64,000 nucleotides of DNA from Octopus sinensis (taxonomy: Eukaryota): NCBI RefSeq assembly GCF_006345805.1, contig NC_042998.1:173104001-173168000 (forward strand), given 5' to 3'. The notes below the pieces were generated by a model. That model made no database searches and had not been told where the DNA came from. It was given only the letters and a program-made list of their open reading frames with translations. Below are positions 52,736-64,000 of this stretch, one piece after another; positions within the stretch are counted from its first letter, which is position 1; each line of letters opens with the position of its first letter. Both the position numbers and the translations under genes were made by a program.

Positions 52736-55413
52736 AAATCTTAAATGAGTTGGTATAATATACATCTGTCAAATGCTAGATCACTAAATCGTTTCAATCG
52801 ATTTTAATTACCCATCGAAAGTGCAACTTCATACCAATATATGTTACAAACATTCGGAAGCTAATAGGTTCCTAACACAAATATTCCCATGGGTTTATTA
52901 TATAAACAAGCATTGATAGATGTGTATTAATGTTTTTCTTGTAATCATGGAAAATCTTATTAAATCAATTTTTTTTTTCTCTGAGCCAGGTCTGCATCAA
53001 CTGACTAATGACTCTTCACGTGACAGAAGATAAGACTTGGGAAGGAAAAGTTATAACAATCGATCGATACTAGTAATATTATAAGACCATAGTAATATTA
53101 TAAGTACACATTATAAGTACATAGTTAACGGAATTTGAGATTTGAAACGTATTAGTGATGTTAATGCCATCATAGAATGAAAAAGTATAATGTAATTAGT
53201 TAATAATACCGTCGTAATGAGAAGAAACTATATTTCAATGACAAATTTATTTTCCCTGATTTTTGAATTAACAACGGTAATTCTAGATGCATTTTGCTCT
53301 TATTAGATCATCGCAGCGAAAGATAGACTTCCCTTAGATAACCAAATTACTTACTGATAAAGTAATAACTGTATTGATGTACAATAATATACATGATAGC
53401 CGTGAAACAATGATAATGATTGAGAGTCGCCACCCACGCGAAATATATATAAGTAAATTTCGTGCCATCATACTTTATGGAGAAAGAGAAAATCTAATTA
53501 ATAACTTTTAAGAGGTGAAAAGTACACATTGGCAAATATCCCATCTTTCACGAAAACGAAAGATATCTCTGTACAGGTTCTGTGTTATTAAATAAAAATA
53601 ATATCAATTATTAATTTGTTGCTTGCTTCTGTTTATAGCTTAAGTATTATCAATTTATGAAACTCTTTTTCCTCACTGCATTAAATAATATGATGGCATT
53701 AGCTTAACTGTTATTTTCCGAGTGGATTGCTTCTCTGAATAATTTCGTTTGTTCATTAAAAGGAGAAGCTTACTTTGGTGGTATTTTAGATTATTACGAA
53801 GAAGGGAGAAGCTACATAAAAATTAAATCAATTAAGTATAATATAAATTAGTACATATTAATTTCTGCACTAATAAACATGCCATTGATGAGCTAGATGA
53901 AACAATTTTCCATACGAGTTAAATCAAATTGCAGATCATATTAATACAAAATTATTAGATAACATCACTGTCATGATTTTCAGATAACCAATTAGATAAA
54001 TATTACGAATAAGACATGTTATTTAAATTTTCTTTTAGTGTGAAATTAAATTAATTGCATTTCTTTGATCTTCGAATTGCCAAAGACAAAACATGAGAAA
54101 AAAAGATCTGGAAAAAGTAAGCTCTTTTTTTTCTTCCTGTTATTTCTTAAAAGAAACTAACATATATTTTTACAAAAATATCTTTCTTCGTATCATTTGT
54201 TTATTTTAGATATATTTATGAAATTAAACGCAGCAAATTGTTTTTCAAAGTAATCAGTTTTGCAATGAACAAAGACTATACGGTCTATAGTGGAGTGGCG
54301 GTTCTATTCCTATACGAAACAAAATATTCATTTCTTCTATATTAAATATACATCAGACGAATAAACAAAAATGTTACAGCTCGTGAAATTACGACATAAC
54401 CGAGTTGATGAGAAAGTCTGGATGCAATCTGCCGATCCGTTAGGATTAGCGGGCAAAACTGCTTAGGCACACTTTGATATCATAGAAAAATGATTAGTCA
54501 TGAATACTATAATAAAAGAAAAAAGATCGATCAAGTGAGAAAGTCCGGCTTATAATAATATCCCAATCAACTCCGAGCTTGAAACACATTCGAAATACAT
54601 TGTATTATGTCGAAAGATTCCAGCACAAATCTTTCACAAATACAGACTACACAAATTACCAAACGCTCTCCAACATAGTTTGAGCTCAACAAAAATCAGT
54701 ATAAAAGAGTTGAACTCATCACCATATCTTTCATATTCAAGTGTCCAAGTACAACCGCCAACATAATATAACCCAATCCTATCACACGCAAAATCTACAA
54801 AGTAGTACACATATAGCAGAACAAACTGTAGTACAATGATCTAAAACATGTTCATGAAATTGGTTAATTGCATTTTCCACTCACATTGTATTGAAAGATG
54901 AGACAAAGTTTGAAATTCCAGCATAGTTCTCTTCAGATACATTTTTGCTCCACTATGAGACAAGACACAACACACCACAGCGGTGGCACCATAAAATACA
55001 TAAGTTTACCCATTTATCTATATAGGTCTTGAAAACTAGCAGAGCACGGTAAGCCCACTATTATTGAAAACATTAAAAAACGAAAACGAATAATATTATG
55101 TTGCTCATAGATATCTGTACACATACCACAGTCTATGTCACCTTCCTCAGAGAGCTTATATGAATTGTTTGGGTTAGTGCCATCCTATATTTCGATTTAG
55201 TGCCATCCTAAATGTTGGTACATAAGTCTACGTTAGATAACAATGTATTAGACACAAGAAACTTGAGTAAAAGGTTGAATGGATATATTTCAGTTTCTTG
55301 GATATATCACCACAATCTAAGCATAAACATCTTTAATTCACAAAAAATTAGTAGAAAGACAATGCAGAATTACAATAAGTAATCTTATGAATTAAGTATT
55401 CCAGCGCCACCCA

Positions 55414-55440
<27 letters not shown>

Positions 55441-55454
<14 letters not shown>

Positions 55455-55824
55455 GGCAGTTTGTCTGTGCGTGTTTCTGTGTGTCTGTTTGCTTGTACCC
55501 TCACCCTGATCACGGCTTTCAACCGATTCTGATGAAACTTGACACACACATAGCCCAATGTCATAATTCAAAACTAACGCAGCGAAAATTTTGAAAAGTT
55601 CCCCCAGTTCTGATAAAAATCGATAAATTCGACATGGGGTCGAGAATCAGAAACACAAACGAAAAACTGTCTATGGGACGCAACACCACCTTTTTTAATC
55701 ACAAAAAAAAAAAAATTTAACATCTTTTTTTCCATTTTTTTGCTATTTTTTGGCTATAACTCTCTAAAAATGCTTTATAGTTATTTCCCTTACAAACCTG
55801 AGCAACGCCGGGCGATACTTCTAG
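55441..55824 (+). mobile_element. Non-autonomous Helitron, tandem copy 1
   Basis: Ends gagcaacgccgggcgatacttCTAG|T. Confidence 0.75.
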
Positions 55825-55835
55825 TATATATATAT

Positions 55836-56213
55836 ATATATATATAAACGGCAGTTTGTCTGTGCGTGTTTCTGTGTGTCTGTTTGCTTGTACCCTCACC
55901 CTGACCACGGCTTTCAACCGATTCTGATGAAACTTGACACACACATAGCCCAATGTCATAATTCAAAACTAACGCAGCGAAAATTTTGAAAAGTTCCCCC
56001 AGTTCTGAAAAAAATCGATAAATTCGACATGGGGTCGAGAATCAGAAACACAAACCGCAAACTGTCTAGGGGACGCAACTCCACCTTTTTTACTCTCAAA
56101 AAAATTTACCATCATTTTTTTCCATTTTTTTGCTATTTTTTGGCTATAACTCTCTAAAAATGCTTTATAGTTATTTCCCTTACAAACCTGACCAACGCCG
56201 GGCGATACTGCTA

Positions 56214-56214
<1 letters not shown>
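55836..56214 (+). mobile_element. Non-autonomous Helitron, tandem copy 2
   Basis: Near-identical head-to-tail copy ending gatactgCTAG|T. Confidence 0.75.
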
Positions 56215-56254
<40 letters not shown>

Positions 56255-56259
56255 AATAC

Positions 56260-56887
56260 ATGCTAAAACGAATTTCTGTGTGCCAGTGTGTCACACTTTG
56301 GCCCCCCTCTCTCACTATTCAATGACACGTCTACTATTCCTCATGTTGGGGTGAGACTAATAGTAGGCAGAGAGACGGGGAGGGCGGATGTGATGGTAAT
56401 GGGGTGATAGTAATAGTATGAGCTGTAGTTGTGATAGAGGTGGAGGTGACGGTGATTATGGTTTTGGTGGTCGTGGGGAAGACGGCGAAGTCAAAGTTGG
56501 TGGTGGCGTCAGAAGTCTAAATGATATGTGTTTGATAGCTGTGTTGGCGATGGTAGTGGTACAGGTGATGGTGCTGGTTGAAAACAACCAACAGAAAGAG
56601 AGAGAGAGAGAGAGAGAAAAAAAAAGATGAAGAGAGAGAAAGAGAGAGACTGACAGACAGACAAACAGACAGACAGAGAAAGACAGAGGTTAGATAGAAA
56701 AAAGTCGATAAATTATATTATTGTTTTGATGAAACTTGTTCATTGCTTGAAAGATTTTGGTCAAGTTTGATAAAATTTAATATGTACTCAATGCATGACG
56801 TGTCATTGTTGGGGTCAAAACCCAATGAAAAGCCCTTCACAGAAGCTAGCTTAAAAGTCGCTTCACCAGGCGGCTTTTAAGCAAGTG

Positions 56888-56890
<3 letters not shown>
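56260..56890 (+). mobile_element. Possible Helentron/DINE-1-like (HINE) element
   Basis: 12-bp subterminal inverted repeats caatgacacgtc (56320) and gacgtgtcattg (56797), internal (GA)/(GACA) microsatellite, 13-bp hairpin at 56849-56882. Confidence 0.4.
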
Positions 56891-56930
<40 letters not shown>

Positions 56931-57037
56931 AAGGTTAAAGTTAACTTAATTTTTTAAAGGCATCTTAATATACTACGATTTTTTTTCTGAAATTTTTTTC
57001 TGTAAAAAAACTTCATCCTATATTAGTATGTATATAT

Positions 57038-57258
57038 ATAACGGGAAGCTTTATGAAAATAAACAAAAGACGAAGGCAGGTGGAATATAAACAAACAATT
57101 GTATTAGTATGGCGCTCAGGAATATAAATAAAACAAGTCTTTTACGTTTCGAGCCTACGCTCTTCAACAGAAAGATACACAGAAAAGAAACACGGAGAGA
57201 AACAAGGAGAGAAAAAAAATGCGTGCAGAAGCTACCGAATTAACATGGCGATCTGGCG
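57038..57258 (-). mobile_element. Repeat family R1 (hammerhead-like motif at about 57138-57175)
   Basis: Reverse complement of 1507-1723. Confidence 0.75.
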
Positions 57259-60014
57259 ATATATATCAACATGGCAATATATATATATATATATATATAG
57301 GCGTTGTGAGTGGATCTTGCAGACAAGAACTGATAGAAGCCAGTTGTGTACATATATATATATATATATATTATATGTACATATGTGTGTGTGTGTGTGC
57401 GTGTGCGTGTGTGTACGTAAGCTTTGAGTTGGGTAAAAGAAAAGGAGACCCATAAACTAAGTCTGAGGCTTGCAAAAATTAAAAAAATCGAAGAACTAGT
57501 TTCGATACATTCGACTAAAATTCTTCAAGGCGGCACCCCCAAAATGGCCGCACTCTAATGACTGGAACAATATATATACATACGCATACCCACATCCACA
57601 CACACGCACACACATATGTACATGACAGTGCTGAACAAATGGTTACGACAATATTCTGAGATACTAAGAGTCCCATTCAGTTAACATATAAAAGAGCAGA
57701 CGAATCATACAGCAGTAACTTCACTGCATAGACTATAGCATTATCACTGCATACTATTTTGAACACAGTCAGATCTAAGTGTAGAACAGACTGGTTTACT
57801 CCGACCTTATTCCCTGTTTTCACTCCCGGTATAATCATCACCGAAGTTACATGAACACCATGGAGTGTTAAAAACATCCACGTACCAAACTACTTAAATT
57901 GTACATCAACCAACACATACACATCGGAGATTGGAGTGAGATTTTTTAACCATACACAGACTTCATTTATCTGAAGTAATGGATAGATTTTGTCTTTCGA
58001 CTCAATATTTCTAGACCATAGACTTTGTCAGTAGGAGTTCTAATAAAGTAAAGATCAACAGCAACACCAAAATGTTGATTCGGTAATAAACTACTGTAAC
58101 AAGTAACTTTAAAAAAATGTTGGATTAACAGCTGGTGTCTTTTTAATTTATTATATTTATTCATATATCATGTGTGTGTGTGTGTGTGTTTGTATGTGTG
58201 TGTGTGTGTGTGTATGTGTGTGTGTGTTGCATTGTCGACTCTTGCTTATAATGCTCCCTTTTCTTGTTATAAAGAAATTTTTGTTAAAGACAATATCAAC
58301 CTCCCGCTTGCTTTGGATTTTTATAACTTATCACTTCATGGTGTGATGTGTCAGAATTATCTTAAATGTTGCAAAAACAGCCATCCTACTAGCTACAGGC
58401 CTAAGAGACCCCACCTCCATCTCATATGATACTGCTTCTGTTATCCTCTTTTTGAACAATTGACTTAGATTGTTATCTATACAACAGCAACCTGTGATGC
58501 TTTTGTAAAAAAAGAAATTATCTCAATGGAATTTTCTCATCTGATATTATAGGAAATATAAAATTGTTTGCCGAAAGATCTCTTCATAAACATCTACTTT
58601 ATTCCGAAACTCTGTAGACTCATTTGGGAATTTTGTGGGATTAAATATCTTGAAATATTTCTAATAGATGTTCCTCGATTAGTTTTAATAGCTTCCATTA
58701 GAGTTTTGATCGTCACTTCCATTAGTTAACAATGGTATGCTTTAGTGCTTTACTTTAAGTGAGGTTACACTTCACTAGTTTCACGAAATCCATTTTTCGA
58801 TTCTCATTTAGAAATTGACGATAACATATTATTCTACTGAAGTCGTTTGTAGGCGTAAAACAAACAAAAGCAAATTGCATAGCAATTTTGTTTCTGGGCT
58901 ATAGCTTTTGGTTTATTGATACTGTTAACACTGGCCATTAGATATGTTTGTCTTTTATTCAGATTAAAGTATTCTCAGTTGTTATTCTATAGTGTTTACA
59001 GCATAGCAGGGCCGGCTACTGTTACCTGCTAATAAAACCTTGATGATATTTGATAAAACAATATTGATATAGCATGCATCTAGAATTTGTTATGTAAAAA
59101 GGCTAATAGATATTTTACAAGATGGAATAGAAAATATCGGACTACCAGCTGCGTAAGTAGTGGTGAATCGCGTTCAACACCTTGAACATCAATGGACATT
59201 TCTACAGAATATAGATATCTGAGATTTTGACGACACTCAAGTTTGCTTGACACCATAAGAATAAGCGTAGAAGTATTATTAATACTGCAATCAGGGACTA
59301 TATGAAAACATTAGCTTTTGAACATCTGCGTTTGGCTACATATGATTTTCTTGCATTAATTTTTATAATGGTTTCGCTAATTAAAAAAAAAATTTGATGT
59401 TAGAAAAACTCACAAGTAAAACAGCCAGACAAAGAAATGCCAGGTGATCTTGTATTTAGCAAATGATGTACAGAAATATAGATATTTCATTTGAGTATTT
59501 ACAATAATTTGATATAAAATATATACATCTCTGACTTTTACAATGGGGTAAATGACTTATCACGAAGAAAACAAAGGGTTAAATAGTTTGCATAATAAGA
59601 AGCTATGGATTTATCAGTTGGCAATCGTAGTTAAAACAAAAACAAAAACAAAAAAACGTATCGCAGCATCAGACGTCTTCCAGAATATTTCATTGAAAAT
59701 TATCAGGCATGGGAAAAGAACAGTATATATCAATCTAAAATTCAATAAAGTAAGAGCAATACAATAATAAAATAAAAAATGCAATAAAAGGAATAGTAAG
59801 TGCAAGAATATAAAATATGAAATATACATCTAGAAAGTTGGTAGAGTAAGAAATAAAAAACGAAAGTTCACGAAAATATATTGCATGGTTTCCACACATA
59901 TATGTATTATTTAGTTACAGGTAACAGTAACAGGTAGTTGCGTGCGTACTTTTGTGCTTAATATAAATATAAATATATAAATATATAAATAGATATATAT
60001 ACATACATATATAT

Positions 60015-60077
<63 letters not shown>

Positions 60078-60674
60078 TATATATATATATATATATATAT
60101 TTACTGTTAATCTCCCCATTCTTACAAACACCTCGCATTTTCGTAGGTGCTTGTAAGTGCGAGTGCACTTACACCATGCAGATTCACCGAGCGAGTTTAT
60201 GCATCCATATTTGTTAACAGTTATTTAAAATAATTTTGTCGCTGTATTGCGTATTCGTTTCTCTTTTTCCCATCTGAGATTTTATTTTTGATGTTCTATG
60301 CAAATGAAGCTATTTCCTCCCTCCCTCCGGCTGCTTTTATTTCAAGAAAAAAAAAAACGAGAAGTTACATTGCGGAACTGTTACTTTAATGAGTTGTGTC
60401 TATTTATCACCCGAGGAGATACATCTGTACCACCGGATGCTTCTGAACCAGTTGTTGAATATCCTACTCTCGATGGATCGATGGTAGGTGTGTCAAAATA
60501 ATTATTAATAAATTCTCGTATATTCTATTTCCCTCTCCACCTCTTTCTGTGATGAAGGGTCGTTCTCTGAGTTTACTTGTCCTGTTTTCCATTTCTATCT
60601 CTAGTTGCTAGCGAATTTAACTCGTTTGCTTTCGTATTTCATGTTGTTTACACAGTTGGTGACGTCCTGTAGTC

Positions 60675-60747
<73 letters not shown>

Positions 60748-60762
60748 TATATTAATATTTAA

Positions 60763-61395
60763 TTGAACGCCCCGCATCCAGTAAAGTAAGTTTATCTTCA
60801 AGTTTTTGATGCGACTCTGCTCTCTACTGTTTTCTTCCTCCAGCCTTTACTAATTCCCTTTTTCTCCCTGTCCTGCTTCACCGTTTTCTATTTGTCTTTC
60901 TCCCCTTCTATCTCTTTCTCTCACTCTCTCTCGTTGCTCATACGTGACTATTGCCCATCTTTCTTTTTCTTACGTGACCATCTTTCTTTTTCTGTACGAA
61001 CGTTCAAAGGACTGGACATTTTCTTTCTCTTCTATCTTTTCTCTTTTCAAAGAGAATATTTCTCCCAGCGTTCAATATTTTCTTCTCGTTCTGGTCTAAC
61101 GACCCTCCTGTTTTCGTTCGGTTTCCTTGTGTGTCTCCACTGTCCTGTTTTTGTTCCCAACTTTGACCCTCTATAAATCCTAAACTTTATTTTGGAATTT
61201 ATGGGAGAAACTGTCTTTGAAGTCTCATATAGTCGTTGAATGCTCGAAATGAGGAGTAGATAGACAGCTGAAAACTGATAAAGTGTCATTCTCCGTGTTT
61301 ACTTGTCCTGTTTTCCATCTTCTTCTCTCGTTGCTTCAGTATTTAACTCGTATTGTTTTGGTATTTATACAGTTGGTGATGTCATATACCCATAA
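60763..61395 (+). repeat. Unclassified repeat R6
   Basis: Homologous to 5891-6472. Confidence 0.6.
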
Positions 61396-61434
61396 TATCC
61401 ATATATTCATATATATATATATATATATATATAA

Positions 61435-61978
61435 TGCAAAAATGAGACAAGAACGCAAAAAAATCCAGATAGACGATACAAAGAAAACAGGGATAAATCA
61501 TTCGGAGCTTTCTTCCTCGGTCGAGTTCCAGATTATATTTGCAATTTCGGCTGGTTATACTCGATGGTGCTGCAATCTGACCAACCCCAAGGAAAAACTA
61601 AGCTATGCGCATTAGATTCATTGGAAGAAAGCAGCGACTGAAATCACGGAGAAATTTTACACAAATACAAATGCAAATAACAGGACAGAACAACAGTTGC
61701 CTTTCGACTAAGGACGAATTAAATTAAGCTGGCATGTGTGGAAGTAAAGTTTTACGGCAGGGACATAAGATGTGACAGGCACAGCGAGGAATATAGATGT
61801 CGCACGGATGGTAGTCGAACCAAGAAAGAAAGGTCAGGCTTGGCCGAACACCGGTTATGTGATACAAAAAAGGGAAAACAAAACCGCCAGACAGACGATA
61901 CAAAGAAAACAAGGACGGGTAATTTGGAGTTTTCTGGATGTTTTGCGTTCTTGACCCATTTTTGTATTTTTTATATAT
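61435..61978 (-). mobile_element. R4-family element with inverted termini (PLE-like)
   Basis: aaaaatgagacaagaacgcaaaaaaatccaga is mirrored by tctggatgttttgcgttcttgacccattttt. Internal direct repeat agacgatacaaagaaaaca. Confidence 0.55.
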
Positions 61979-62019
61979 AAATATATAGCGACGTACGTAC
62001 GCTTTGGTCTCCTATATAT

Positions 62020-62187
62020 ATAAAGTTAATCCAAACAAGAAAGCACAAAAAAACACAACAATGCGAGGACGTGGAACAAATATAGTATTATTGGACGCTC
62101 AGGAAAGAAGGAGGGTTTAACGTTTCGACTGGAGCTCTTCGTCGGAAACATAGGAGAAGGAAGGATCCAGAGAAGGGAAGACAGAGG
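62020..62187 (-). mobile_element. Repeat family R2 with hammerhead-like motif
   Basis: Minus strand gttt-ccgacga-a-gagctccagtc-gaaa-cg-tt-aaac. Confidence 0.65.
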
Positions 62188-62599
62188 TTTAGTTTAATTT
62201 TAGCATCTAAATTTAAAATTAGTCCAAGAAAAACATATTATCTTGAATCGTAATAACTATGAGGTGATGCATGTATGCCCCGCTAGATAAGTTCACTACG
62301 TATTTCTATTCCATATGAATATATAAATTTATTCATAATATCACAGCATCGACCAGAACATCAGATGCTGTTTACAATGCGCTCCCAATTCCATCTTGAT
62401 TGCGCCATTCTTCTACATGAATGTATATTTTTGGAATAATTGAAGATTATGAATGCACAAGATAGTTCATAGGTATCACTAAGTATTGTATTGTTTGTAT
62501 TGTATTGGCATCCTTTTTGTCTCGGGAGACAATGGAGTTGCGCATAGAATAATCTAGTCCGGCTTTTACATTTCATGCTCTAATACATTTCCTGATGTG

Positions 62600-62970
62600 G
62601 CTGTGTAGTCCTATCCTGGACAAACACTCCCTCTGGCAGGTGCCGCAGATGTAGCGAAGACTTCCTGGCTGGTTGTAATGTCATAGCTTCTTGTTGACGT
62701 CTTTTCTTGTCTTTCCATTTCTCCCCTCTCTCTCTCTCTCTCTCTCTCTCTGTCACTCCTTTGTGTTCCCTCTTTTACGGTACGTCGCCAATCTCCACGG
62801 TTGCTGGCATCTGCTTCCCAGTTGGTAATATTGATGTTGCAGGCATTCATGTCCCTTTTGTAAGCATCCTTGTATCGTAAGAACGGACTTCCCACAGACC
62901 TAGTGCCCCTAGTAAGCTCTCCGTAGAGTATGTCCTTGGGCATTCTGCCATCTTCCATAGGTATTTCTAA
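62600..62970 (-). mobile_element. RTE-clade LINE 3' fragment
   Basis: EDGRMPKDILYGELTRGTRSVGSPFLRYKDAYKRDM..WEADASNRGDWR (ORF 62611-63054). Confidence 0.85.
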
Positions 62971-63499
62971 GTAAAATTGTTTAAACATACCTGCCAGTAT
63001 ATCTATATGTAAATTCGAAAACATCTGCAGATAACTTAGTGAAGCTATATTCAATGCATACTTACATTACAAAGATACATACATACGTACGCACGCTCCT
63101 ACACACATTAGTATTTACTTTAAATCGTTGGATGAATTTAAGCACATGGATCCTAATCCTCCAAAGAAGTTTTTCCAAGGACTATTATTGAACTCTAAAA
63201 GTATAAAGACTCTACAATGTATTGATATACTTATTTATTAATCTTTGTATATATGTATTATTTTTTTTTTTAAATATTGTAAGTTTCTTTTTTCCACTTC
63301 CTCAATTTAAAAAAGTTTCTTTTCCCCTTCCAAATCTTCAAAATTTGCCTTGCAATGAAAACCGGTATGATTTATTATTTTTTCTTTTTTAATTTTCCAT
63401 ACACCCATTTTTATAAAAATTTACTTTCAATTTAGCATTCTGCCTTATTATAATTTTCCCTCTCCTATCATTTCTCCACGTGCGGTTAACACAGCCCCA

Positions 63500-63835
63500 C
63501 CATTTACTGATTTATATATATATATATACGCACATATCCACACTTACACACACATTCCTCCTCCTCCTCTACCACTCTCCTGTCTTTGAAAAAACCTTTC
63601 TTCACCCATTTCCTTCCGGTCTTTCAAAATGTGACCACGTGTGTACCGTTGGCGATTTTTTCCTCTGTCTTCCCTTCTCTGGATCCATCCTTCTCCTATG
63701 TTTCCGACGAAGAGCTCCGGTCGAAACGTTAAACCCTCCTTTCCTGAGCGTCCAATAATACTATATTTGTTACACGTCCTCGCATTGTTGTGTTTTTTTG
63801 TGCTTTCTTGTTTGGATTAACTTTATATATATAGG
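63500..63835 (+). mobile_element. Repeat family R2, longer copy, with hammerhead-like motif at 63700-63734
   Basis: gttt-ccgacga-a-gagctccggtc-gaaa-cg-tt-aaac. Stem II is imperfect. Confidence 0.65.
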
Positions 63836-64000
63836 AGACCAAAGCGTACGTACGTCGCTATATATTTATATATAAAAAAATACAAAAATGGGTCAAGAAC
63901 GCAAAACATCCAGAAAACTCCAAATTACCCGTCCTTGTTTTCTTTGTATCGTCTGTCTGGCGGTTTTGTTTTCCGTTTTTTGTATCACATAACCATCTGA

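Noticed and set aside
61853-63994. DNA transposon with 333-bp TIRs
   Set aside because: No TSD, no transposase, and the arms are composed of retro-derived repeats. Kept only as an inverted duplication.

Overview
AT-rich eukaryotic (metazoan) genomic DNA. It is almost entirely decayed transposable elements and (TA)n/(CA)n/(TAA)n microsatellites. The SINE families resemble ones I associate with octopus (inference, not a search result). No intact host gene is identifiable; only a few weak candidate exons were found, and most ORFs in the supplied track are microsatellite artefacts. Recognisable elements: a same-strand array of seven non-LTR fragments (six R4/Dong-type, one unclassified) strung on (TAA)n tracts at 10.5-17.0 kb; a near full-length HERO-like non-LTR element; an RT-deleted Gypsy-like LTR element; mariner/Tc1 relics; non-autonomous Helitrons; several tRNA-SINE families; RTE and CR1-like relics; and Penelope-like (PLE) fragments with inverted terminal repeats. 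The most notable observation is that at least four different short repeat families each fold into a minimal type I hammerhead ribozyme. Each has its own non-canonical core, including an apparent G3:C8 compensatory swap. Also notable are a SINE that appears to insert into itself at GGTATT and a SINE with two different tails that targets AACAGCA repeats.
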